A stretch of 64,000 nt of DNA, taken from positions 248,001 through 312,000 of the forward strand of contig CAXKVF010000082.1 of assembly GCA_964057225.1 (NCBI GenBank), written 5' to 3'. Below the pieces are notes generated by a model. That model did not search any database and had not been told where the DNA came from. It worked only from the letters and a program-made list of their open reading frames with translations. The DNA comes from Auanema rhodensis. Taxonomy: Eukaryota > Animalia > Nematoda. Positions 1-12,320 of the stretch are shown one piece after another (within the stretch, counting starts at the first letter, position 1; each line of letters begins with the position of its first letter). The position numbers and the translations under genes were made by a program.

Positions 1-176
1 TAATATGGACATGGGGAATCTAATTTTGAAAACCGCATCTCTTTATCTTTCACGTGAAGCGAGTTACATACCAAGTGCACATCACGTGTACATTTAATTA
101 GCATAAATTAAAGTTCACGTAAATTTCAAAGTCATGGTTACCATGAACCAATATCAATAAAAATTTGTTTTTAGAC
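1..176. repeat. Representative consensus monomer (176 bp)
   Basis: Identical to many other copies, e.g. 353-528 and 2641+ phase copies apart from isolated SNVs. It contains TTCACGTGAA (49-58), GTGCAC (75-80), ATCACGTG (81-88), TGTACA (87-92), quasi-palindrome AAGTTCACGTAAATTT (111-126) and TCATGGTTACCATGA (132-146). Confidence 0.97.
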
Positions 177-2112
177 TAATATGGACATGGGGAATCTAAT
201 TTTGAAAACCGCATCTCTTTATCTTTCACGTGAAGCGAGTTACATACCAAGTGCACATCACGTGTACATTTAATTAGCATAAATTAAAGTTCACGTAAAT
301 TTCAAAGTCATGGTTACCATGAAGCAATATCAATAAAAATTTGTTTTTAGACTAATATGGACATGGGGAATCTAATTTTGAAAACCGCATCTCTTTATCT
401 TTCACGTGAAGCGAGTTACATACCAAGTGCACATCACGTGTACATTTAATTAGCATAAATTAAAGTTCACGTAAATTTCAAAGTCATGGTTACCATGAAC
501 CAATATCAATAAAAATTTGTTTTTAGACTAATATGGACATGGGGAATCTAATTTTGAAAACCGCATCTCTTTATCTTTCACGTGAAGCGAGTTACATACC
601 AAGTGCACATCACGTGTACATTTAATTAGCATAAATTAAAGTTCACGTAAATTTCAAAGTCATGGTTACCATGAACCAATATCAATAAAAATTTGTTTTT
701 AGACTAATATGGACATGGGGAATCTAATTTTGAAAACCGCATCTCTTTATCTTTCACGTGAAGCGAGTTACATACCAAGTGCACATCACGTGTACATTTA
801 ATTAGCATAAATTAAAGTTCACGTAAATTTCAAAGTCATGGTTACCATGAAGCAATATCAATAAAAATTTGTTTTTAGACTAATATGGACATGGGGAATC
901 TAATTTTGAAAACCGCATCTCTTTATCTTTCACGTGAAGCGAGTTACATACCAAGTGCACATCACGTGTACATTTAATTAGCATAAATTAAAGTTCACGT
1001 AAATTTCAAAGTCATGGTTACCATGAACCAATATCAATAAAAATTTGTTTTTAGACTAATATGGACATGGGGAATCTAATTTTGAAAACCGCATCTCTTT
1101 ATCTTTCACGTGAAGCGAGTTACATACCAAGTGCACATCACGTGTACATTTAATTAGCATAAATTAAAGTTCACGTAAATTTCAAAGTCATGGTTACCAT
1201 GAACCAATATCAATAAAAATTTGTTTCTAGACTAATATGGACATGGGGAATCTAATTTTGAAAACCGCATCTCTTTATCTTTCACGTGAAGCGAGTTACA
1301 TACCAAGTGCACATCACGTGTACATTTAATTAGCATAAATTAAAGTTCACGTAAATTTCAAAGTCATGGTTACCATGAAGCAATATCAATAAAAATTTGT
1401 TTTTAGACTAATATGGACATGGGGAATCTAATTTTGAAAACCGCATCTCTTTATCTTTCACGTGAAGCGAGTTACATACCAAGTGCACATCACGTGTACA
1501 TTTAATTAGCATAAATTAAAGTTCACGTAAATTTCAAAGTCATGGTTACCATGAACCAATATCAATAAAAATTTGTTTTTAGACTAATATGGACATGGGG
1601 AATCTAATTTTGAAAACCGCATCTCTTTATCTTTCACGTGAAGCGAGTTACATACCAAGTGCACATCACGTGTACATTTAATTAGCATAAATTAAAGTTC
1701 ACGTAAATTTCAAAGTCATGGTTACCATGAACCAATATCAATAAAAATTTGTTTTTAGACTAATATGGACATGGAGAATCTAATTTTGAAAACCGCATCT
1801 CTTTATCTTTCACGTGAAGCGAGTTACATACCAAGTGCACATCACGTGTACATTTAATTAGCATAAATTAAAGTTCACGTAAATTTCAAAGTCATGGTTA
1901 CCATGAAGCAATATCAATAAAAATTTGTTTTTAGAATAATATGGACATGGGGAATCTAATTTTGAAAACCGCATCTCTTTATCTTTCACGTGAAGCGAGT
2001 TACATACCAAGTGCACATCACGTGTACATTTAATTAGCATAAATTAAAGTTCACGTAAATTTCAAAGTCATGGTTACCATGAACCAATATCAATAAAAAT
2101 TTGTTTTTAGAC

Positions 2113-5100
2113 TAATATAGACATGGGGAATCTAATTTTGAAAACCGCATCTCTTTATCTTTCACGTGAAGCGAGTTACATACCAAGTGCACATCACGTG
2201 TACATTTAATTAGCATAAATTAAAGTTCACGTAAATTTCAAAGTCATGGTTACCATGCACCAATATCAATAAAAATTTGTTTTTTGACTAATATGGACAT
2301 GGGGAATCTAATTTTGAAAACCGCATCTCTTTATCTTTCACGTGAAGCGAGTTACATACCAAGTGCACATCACGTGTACATTTAATTAGCATAAATTAAA
2401 GTTCACGTAAATTTCAAAGTCATGGTTACCATGAACCAATATCAATAAAAATTTGTTTTTAGACTAATATGGACATGGGGAATCTAATTTTGAAAACCGC
2501 ATTTCTTTATCTTTCACGTGAAGCGAGTTACATACCAAGTGCACATCACGTGTACATTTAATTAGCATAAATTAAAGTTCACGTAAAATTCAAAGTCATG
2601 GTTACCATGCACCAATATCAATAAAAATTTGTTTTTAGACTAATATGGACATGGAGAATCTAATTTTGAAAACCGCATCTCTTTATCTTTCACGTGAAGC
2701 GAGTTACATACCAAGTGCACATCACGTGTACATTTAATTAGCATAAATTAAAGTTCACGTAAATTTCAAAGTCATGGTTACCATGAACCAATATCAATAA
2801 AAATTTGTTTTTAGACTAATATGGACATGGGGAATCTAATTTTGAAAACCGCATCTCTTTATCTTTCACGTGAAGCGAGTTACATACCAAGTGCTTATCA
2901 CGTGTACATTTAATTAGCATAAATTAAAGTTCATGTAAATTTCAAAGTCATGGTTACCATGAACCAATATCAATAAAAATTTGTTTTTAGACTAATATGG
3001 ACATGGGGAATCTAATTGTGAAAACCGCATCTCTTTATCTTTCACGTGAAGCGAGTTACATACCAAGTGCACATCACGTGTACATTTAATTAGCATAAAT
3101 TAAAGTTCACGTAAATTTCAAAGTCATGGTTACCATGCACCAATATCAATAAAAATTTGTTTTTAGACTAATATGGACATGGGGAATTTAATTTTGAAAA
3201 CCGCATCTCTTTATCTTTCACGTGAAGCGAGTTACATACCAAGTGCACATCACGTGTACATTTAATTAGCATAAATTAAAGTTCACGTAAATTTCAAAGT
3301 CATGGTTACCATGAACCTATATCAATAAAAATTTGTTTTTAGACTAATATGGACATGGGGAATCTAATTTTGAAAACCGCATCTCTTTATCTTTCACGTG
3401 AAGCGAGTTACATACCAAGTGCACATCACGTGTACATTTAATTAGCATAAATTAAAGTTCACGTAAATTTCAAAGTCATGGTTACCATGAAGCAATATCA
3501 ATAAAAATTTGTTTTTAGACTAATATGGACATGGGGAATCTAATTTTGAAAACCGCATCTCTTTATCTTTCACGTGAAGCGAGTTACATACCAAGTGCAC
3601 ATCACGTGTACATTTAATTAGCATAAATTAAAGTTCACGTAAATTTCAAAGTCATGGTTACCATGAACCAATATCAATAAAAATTTGTTTTTAGACTAAT
3701 ATGGACATGGGGAATCTAATTTTGAAAACCGCATCTCTTTATCTTTCACGTGAAGCGAGTTACATACCAAGTGCACATCACGTGTACATTTAATTAGCAT
3801 AAATTAAAGTTCACGTAAATTTCAAAGTCATGGTTACCATGAACCAATATCAATAAAAATTTGTTTTTAGACTAATATGGACATGGGGAATCTAATTTTG
3901 AAAACCGCATCTCTTTATCTTTCACGTGAAGCGAGTTACATACCAAGTGCACATCACGTGTACATTTAATTAGCATAAATTAAAGTTCACGTAAATTTCA
4001 AAGTCATGGTTACCATGAAGCAATATCAATAAAAATTTGTTTTTAGACTAATATGGACATGGGGAATCTAATTTTGAAAACCGCATCTCTTTATCTTTCA
4101 CGTGAAGCGAGTTACATACCAAGTGCACATCACGTGTACATTTAATTAGCATAAATTAAAGTTCACGTAAATTTCAAAGTCATGGTTACCATGAACCAAT
4201 ATCAATAAAAATTTGTTTTTAGACTAATATGGACATGGGGAATCTAATTTTGAAAACCGCATCTCTTTATCTTTCACGTGAAGCGAGTTACATACCAAGT
4301 GCACATCACGTGTACATTTAATTAGCATAAATTAAAGTTCACGTAAATTTCAAAGTCATGGTTACCATGAACCAATATCAATAAAAATTTGTTTTTAGAC
4401 TAATATAGACATGGGGAATCTAATTTTGAAAACCGCATCTCTTTATCTTTCACGTGAAGCGAGTTACATACCAAGTGCACATCACGTGTACATTTAATTA
4501 GCATAAATTAAAGTTCACGTAAATTTCAAAGTCATGGTTACCATGCACCAATATCAATAAAAATTTGTTTTTTGACTAATATGGACATGGGGAATCTAAT
4601 TTTGAAAACCGCATCTCTTTATCTTTCACGTGAAGCGAGTTACATACCAAGTGCACATCACGTGTACATTTAATTAGCATAAATTAAAGTTCACGTAAAT
4701 TTCAAAGTCATGGTTACCATGAACCAATATCAATAAAAATTTGTTTTTAGACTAATATGGACATGGGGAATCTAATTTTGAAAACCGCATTTCTTTATCT
4801 TTCACGTGAAGCGAGTTACATACCAAGTGCACATCACGTGTACATTTAATTAGCATAAATTAAAGTTCACGTAAAATTCAAAGTCATGGTTACCATGCAC
4901 CAATATCAATAAAAATTTGTTTTTAGACTAATATGGACATGGAGAATCTAATTTTGAAAACCGCATCTCTTTATCTTTCACGTGAAGCGAGTTACATACC
5001 AAGTGCACATCACGTGTACATTTAATTAGCATAAATTAAAGTTCACGTAAATTTCAAAGTCATGGTTACCATGAACCAATATCAATAAAAATTTGTTTTT

Positions 5101-8096
5101 AGACTAATATGGACATGGGGAATCTAATTTTGAAAACCGCATCTCTTTATCTTTCACGTGAAGCGAGTTACATACCAAGTGCTTATCACGTGTACATTTA
5201 ATTAGCATAAATTAAAGTTCACGTAAATTTCAAAGTCATGGTTACCATGAACCAATATCAATAAAAATTTGTTTTTAGACTAATATGGACATGGGGAATC
5301 TAATTTTGAAAACCGCATCTCTTTATCTTTCACGTGAAGCGAGTTACATACCAAGTGCACATCACGTGTACATTTAATTAGCATAAATTAAAGTTCACGT
5401 AAATTTCAAAGTCATGGTTACCATGCACCAATATCAATAAAAATTTGTTTTTAGACTAATATGGACATGGGGAATCTAATTTTGAAAACCGCATCTCTTT
5501 ATCTTTCACGTGAAGCGAGTTACATACCAAGTGCACATCACGTGTACATTTAATTAGCATAAATTAAAGTTCACGTAAATTTCAAAGTCATGGTTACCAT
5601 GAACCTATATCAATAAAAATTTGTTTTTAGACTAATATGGACATGGGGAATCTAATTTTGAAAACCGCATCTCTTTATCTTTCACGTGAAGCGAGTTACA
5701 TACCAAGTGCACATCACGTGTACATTTAATTAGCATAAATTAAAGTTCACGTAAATTTCAAAGTCATGGTTACCATGAAGCAATATCAATAAAAATTTGT
5801 TTTTAGACTAATATGGACATGGGGAATCTAATTTTGAAAACCGCATCTCTTTATCTTTCACGTGAAGCGAGTTACATACCAAGTGCACATCACGTGTACA
5901 TTTAATTAGCATAAATTAAAGTTCACGTAAATTTCAAAGTCATGGTTACCATGAACCAATATCAATAAAAATTTGTTTTTAGACTAATATGGACATGGGG
6001 AATCTAATTTTGAAAACCGCATCTCTTTATCTTTCACGTGAAGCGAGTTACATACCAAGTGCACATCACGTGTACATTTAATTAGCATAAATTAAAGTTC
6101 ACGTAAATTTCAAAGTCATGGTTACCATGAACCAATATCAATAAAAATTTGTTTTTAGACTAATATGGACATGGGGAATCTAATTTTGAAAACCGCATCT
6201 CTTTATCTTTCACGTGAAGCGAGTTACATACCAAGTGCACATCACGTGTACATTTAATTAGCATAAATTAAAGTTCACGTAAATTTCAAAGTCATGGTTA
6301 CCATGAAGCAATATCAATAAAAATTTGTTTTTAGACTAATATGGACATGGGGAATCTAATTTTGAAAACCGCATCTCTTTATCTTTCACGTGAAGCGAGT
6401 TACATACCAAGTGCACATCACGTGTACATTTAATTAGCATAAATTAAAGTTCACGTAAATTTCAAAGTCATGGTTACCATGAACCAATATCAATAAAAAT
6501 TTGTTTTTAGACTAATATGGACATGGGGAATCTAATTTTGAAAACCGCATCTCTTTATCTTTCACGTGAAGCGAGTTACATACCAAGTGCACATCACGTG
6601 TACATTTAATTAGCATAAATTAAAGTTCACGTAAATTTCAAAGTCATGGTTACCATGAACCAATATCAATAAAAATTTGTTTTTAGACTAATATAGACAT
6701 GGGGAATCTAATTTTGAAAACCGCATCTCTTTATCTTTCACGTGAAGCGAGTTACATACCAAGTGCACATCACGTGTACATTTAATTAGCATAAATTAAA
6801 GTTCACGTAAATTTCAAAGTCATGGTTACCATGAACCAATATCAATAAAAATTTGTGTTTAGACTAATATGGACATGGGGAATCTAATTTTGAAAACCGC
6901 ATTTCTTTATCTTTCACGTGAAGCGAGTTACATACCAAGTGCACATCACGTGTACATTTAATTAGCATAAATTAAAGTTCACGTAAAATTCAAAGTCATG
7001 GTTACCATGCACCAATATCAATAAAAATTTGTTTTTAGACTAATATGGACATGGAGAATCTAATTTTGAAAACCGCATCTCTTTATCTTTCACGTGAAGC
7101 GAGTTACATACCAAGTGCACATCACGTGTACATTTAATTAGCATAAATTAAAGTTCACGTAAATTTCAAAGTCATGGTTACCATGAACCAATATCAATAA
7201 AAATTTGTTTTTAGACTAATATGGACATGGGGAATCTAATTTTGAAAACCGCATCTCTTTATCTTTCACGTGAAGCGAGTTACATACCAAGTGCTTATCA
7301 CGTGTACATTTAATTAGCATAAATTAAAGTTCACGTAAATTTCAAAGTCATGGTTACCATGAACCAATATCAATAAAAATTTGTTTTTAGACTAATATGG
7401 ACATGGGGAATCTAATTTTGAAAACCGCATCTCTTTATCTTTCACGTGAAGCGAGTTACATACCAAGTGCACATCACGTGTACATTTAATTAGCATAAAT
7501 TAAAGTTCACGTAAATTTCAAAGTCATGGTTACCATGCACCAATATCAATAAAAATTTGTTTTTAGACTAATATGGACATGGGGAATCTAATTTTGAAAA
7601 CCGCATCTCTTTATCTTTCACGTGAAGCGAGTTACATACCAAGTGCACATCACGTGTACATTTAATTAGCATAAATTAAAGTTCACGTAAATTTCAAAGT
7701 CATGGTTACCATGAACCTATATCAATAAAAATTTGTTTTTAGACTAATATGGACATGGGGAATCTAATTTTGAAAACCGCATCTCTTTATCTTTCACGTG
7801 AAGCGAGTTACATACCAAGTGCACATCACGTGTACATTTAATTAGCATAAATTAAAGTTCACGTAAATTTCAAAGTCATGGTTACCATGAAGCAATATCA
7901 ATAAAAATTTGTTTTTAGACTAATATGGACATGGGGAATCTAATTTTGAAAACCGCATCTCTTTATCTTTCACGTGAAGCGAGTTACATACCAAGTGCAC
8001 ATCACGTGTACATTTAATTAGCATAAATTAAAGTTCACGTAAATTTCAAAGTCATGGTTACCATGAACCAATATCAATAAAAATTTGTTTTTAGAC
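2113..8096. repeat. Higher-order repeat, 13 monomers (2288 bp): two full copies and a third partial/shortened copy
   Basis: The ATATAG variant is in monomers starting 2113, 4401 and 6689 (spacing 2288). The GTGCTT variant is at 2891, 5179 and 7291 (spacing 2288, then 2112). The order CATTTC/AAAATT, GGAGAA, GTGCTT, GCACC, AACCT, GAAGC is shared. Confidence 0.85.
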
Positions 8097-11000
8097 TAAT
8101 ATGGACATGGGGAATCTAATTTTGAAAACCGCATCTCTTTATCTTTCACGTGAAGCGAGTTACATACCAAGTGCACATCACGTGTACATTTAATTAGCAT
8201 AAATTAAAGTTCACGTAAATTTCAAAGTCATGGTTACCATGAAGCAATATCAATAAAAATTTGTTTTTAGACTAATATGGACATGTGGAATCTAATTTTG
8301 AAAACCGCATCTCTTTATCTTTCACGTGAAGCGAGTTACATACCAAGTGCACATCACGTGTACATTTAATTAGCATAAATTAAAGTTCACGTAAATTTCA
8401 AAGTCATGGTTACCATGAAGCAATATCAATAAAAATTTGTTTTTAGACTAATATGGACATGGGGAATCTAATTTTGAAAACCGCATCTCTTTATCTTTCA
8501 CGTGAAGCGAGTTACATACCAAGTGCACATCACGTGTACATTTAATTAGCATAAATTAAAGTTCACGTAAATTTCAAAGTCATGGTTACCATGAAGCAAT
8601 ATCAATAAAAATTTGTTTTTAGACTAATATGGACATGGGGAATCTAATTTTGAAAACCGCATCTCTTTATCTTTCACGTGAAGCGAGTTACATACCGAGT
8701 GCACATCACGTGTACATTTAATTAGCATAAATTAAAGTTCACGTAAATTTCAAAGTCATGGTTACCATGAACCAATATCAATAAAAATTTGTTTTTAGAC
8801 TAATATGGACATGGGGAATCTAATTTTGAAAACCGCATCTCTTTATCTTTCACGTGAAGCGAGTTACATACCAAGTGCACATCACGTGTACATTTAATTA
8901 GCATAAATTAAAGTTCACGTAAATTTCAAAGTCATGGTTACCATGAACCAATATCAATAAAAATTTGTTTTTAGACTAATATGGACATGGGGAATCTAAT
9001 TTTGAAAACCGCATCTCTTTATCTTTCACGTGAAGCGAGTTACATACCAGGTGCACATCACGTGTACATTTAATTAGCATAAATTAAAGTTCACGTAAAT
9101 TTCAAAGTCATGGTTACCATGAAGCAATATCAATAAAAATTTGTTTTTAGACTAATATGGACATGGGGAATCTAATTTTGAAAACCGCATCTCTTTATCT
9201 TTCACGTGAAGCGAGTTACATACCAAGTGCACATCACGTGTACATTTAATTAGCATAAATTAAAGTTCACGTAAATTTCAAAGTCATGGTTACCATGAAG
9301 CAATATCAATAAAAATTTGTTTTTAGACTAATATGGACATGGGGAATCTAATTTTGAAAACCGCATCTCTTTATCTTTCACGTGAAGCGAGTTACATACC
9401 AAGTGCACATCACGTGTACATTTAATTAGCATAAATTAAAGTTCACGTAAATTTCAAAGTCATGGTTACCATGAAGCAATATCAATAAAAATTTGTTTTT
9501 AGACTAATATGGACATGGGGAATCTAATTTTGAAAACCGCATCTCTTTATCTTTCACGTGAAGCGAGTTACATACCGAGTGCACATCACGTGTACATTTA
9601 ATTAGCATAAATTAAAGTTCACGTAAATTTCAAAGTCATGGTTACCATGAACCAATATCAATAAAAATTTGTTTTTAGACTAATATGGACATGGGGAATC
9701 TAATTTTGAAAACCGCATCTCTTTATCTTTCACGTGAAGCGAGTTACATACCAAGTGCACATCACGTGTACATTTAATTAGCATAAATTAAAGTTCACGT
9801 AAATTTCAAAGTCATGGTTACCATGAAGCAATATCAATAAAAATTTGTTTTTAGACTAATATGGACATGGGGAATCTAATTTTGAAAACCGCATCTCTTT
9901 ATCTTTCACGTGAAGCGAGTTACATACCAAGTGCACATCACGTGTACATTTAATTAGCATAAATTAAAGTTCACGTAAATTTCAAAGTCATGGTTACCAT
10001 GAACCAATATCAATAAAAATTTGTTTTTAGACTAATATGGACATGGGGAATCTAATTTTGAAAACCGCATCTCTTTATCTTTCACGTGAAGCGAGTTACA
10101 TACCAAGTGCACATCACGTGTACATTTAATTAGCATAAATTAAAGTTCACGTAAATTTCAAAGTCATGGTTACCATGAACCAATATCAATAAAAATTTGT
10201 TTTTAGACTAATATGGACATGGGGAATCTAATTTTGAAAACCGCATCTCTTTATCTTTCACGTGAAGCGAGTTACATACCAAGTGCACATCACGTGTACA
10301 TTTAATTAGCATAAATTAAAGTTCACGTAAATTTCAAAGTCATGGTTACCATGAACCAATATCAATAAAAATTTGTTTTTAGACTAATATGGACATGGGG
10401 AATCTAATTTTGAAAACCGCATCTCTTTATCTTTCACGTGAAGCGAGTTACATACCGAGTGCACATCACGTGTACATTTAATTAGCATAAATTAAAGTTC
10501 ACGTAAATTTCGAAGTCATGGTTACCATGCACCAATATCAATAAAAATTTGTTTTTAGACTAATATGGACATGGGGAATCTAATTTTGAAAACCGCATCT
10601 CTTTATCTTTCACGTGAAGCGAGTTACATACCAAGTGCACATCACGTGTACATTTAATTAGCATAAATTAAAGTTCACGTAAATTTCAAAGTCATGGTTA
10701 CCATGAACCAATATCAATAAAAATTTGTTTTTAGACTAATATGGACATGGGGAATCTAATTTTGAAAACCGCATCTCTTTATCTTTCACGTGAAGCGAGT
10801 TACATACCAAGTGCACATCACGTGTACATTTAATTAGCATAAATTAAAGTTCACGTAAATTTCAAAGTCATGGTTACCATGAACCAATATCAATAAAAAT
10901 TTGTTTTTAGACTAATATGGACATGGGGAATCTAATTTTGAAAACCGCATCTCTTTATCTTTCACGTGAAGCGAGTTACATACCAAGTGCACATCACGTG

Positions 11001-12320
11001 TACATTTAATTAGCATAAATTAAAGTTCACGTAAATTTCAAAGTCATGGTTACCATGAACCAATATCAATAAAAATTTGTTTTTAGACTAATATGGACAT
11101 GGGGAATCTAATTTCAAAAACCGCATCTCTTTATCTTTCACGTGAAGCGAGTTACATACCAAGTGCACATCACGTGTACATTTAATTAGCATAAATTAAA
11201 GTTCACGTAAATTTCAAAGTCATGGTTACCATGCACCAATATCAATAAAAATTTGTTTTTAGACTAATATGGACATGGGGAATCTAATTTTGAAAACCGC
11301 ATCTCTTTATCTTTCACGTGAAGCGAGTTACATACCGAGTGCACATCACGTGTACATTTAATTAGCATAAATTAAAGTTCACGTAAATTTCGAAGTCATG
11401 GTTACCATGCACCAATATCAATAAAAATTTGTTTTTAGACTAATATGGACATGGGGAATCTAATTTTGAAAACCGCATCTCTTTATCTTTCACGTGAAGC
11501 GAGTTACATACCAAGTGCACATCACGTGTACATTTAATTAGCATAAATTAAAGTTCACGTAAATTTCAAAGTCATGGTTACCATGAACCAATATCAATAA
11601 AAATTTGTTTTTAGACTAATATGGACATGGGGAATCTAATTTTGAAAACCGCATCTCTTTATCTTTCACGTGAAGCGAGTTACATACCAGGTGCACATCA
11701 CGTGTACATTTAATTAGCATAAATTAAAGTTCACGTAAATTTCAAAGTCATGGTTACCATGAACCAATATCAATAAAAATTTGTTTTTAGACTAATATGG
11801 ACATGGGGAATCTAATTTTGAAAACCGCATCTCTTTATCTTTCACGTGAAGCGAGTTACATACCAAGTGCACATCACGTGTACATTTAATTAGCATAAAT
11901 TAAAGTTCACGTAAACTTCAAAGTCATGGTTACCATGCACCAATATCAATAAAAATTTGTTTTTAGACTAATATGGACATGGGGAATCTAATTTTGAAAA
12001 CCGCATCTCTTTATCTTTCACGTGAAGCGAGTTACATACCAAGTGCACATCACGTGTACATTTAATTAGCATAAATTAAAGTTCACGTAAATTTCAAAGT
12101 CATGGTTACCATGAACCAATATCAATAAAAATTTGTTTTTAGACTAATATGGACATGGGGAATCTAATTTTGAAAACCGCATCTCTTTATCTTTCACGTG
12201 AAGCGAGTTACATACCAAGTGCACATCACGTGTACATTTAATTAGCATAAATTAAAGTTCACGTAAATTTCAAAGTCATGGTTACCATGCACCAATATCA
12301 ATAAAAATTTGTTTTTAGAC

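Noticed and set aside
137-148. RFX X-box-like motif GTTACCATGAAC
   Set aside because: The left half-site fits but the right half is incomplete, and this patch is the most variable part of the monomer.
156-161. AATAAA polyadenylation signal in each monomer
   Set aside because: It is expected by chance in AT-rich DNA, and there is no transcript evidence.
1-176. Tandem RNA gene (5S rRNA, tRNA, snRNA, spliced leader)
   Set aside because: I saw no recognisable similarity or Pol III A/B/C boxes. The unit is AT-rich with no conserved-gene/variable-spacer partition.
1-176. Identity with known 171-178 bp satellites (alpha satellite, CEN178, CentBr, honeybee AluI)
   Set aside because: Only the length is similar. 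I recognise no sequence match, there is no CENP-B box, and the consensus has no AGCT or AAGCTT site. A database search is needed for naming.
1858-2040. 60-aa ORF on the minus strand
   Set aside because: It lies wholly in satellite sequence. It is open only because a private C->A at 1936 removes the TAG stop present in other monomers. There is no recognisable domain or gene context.
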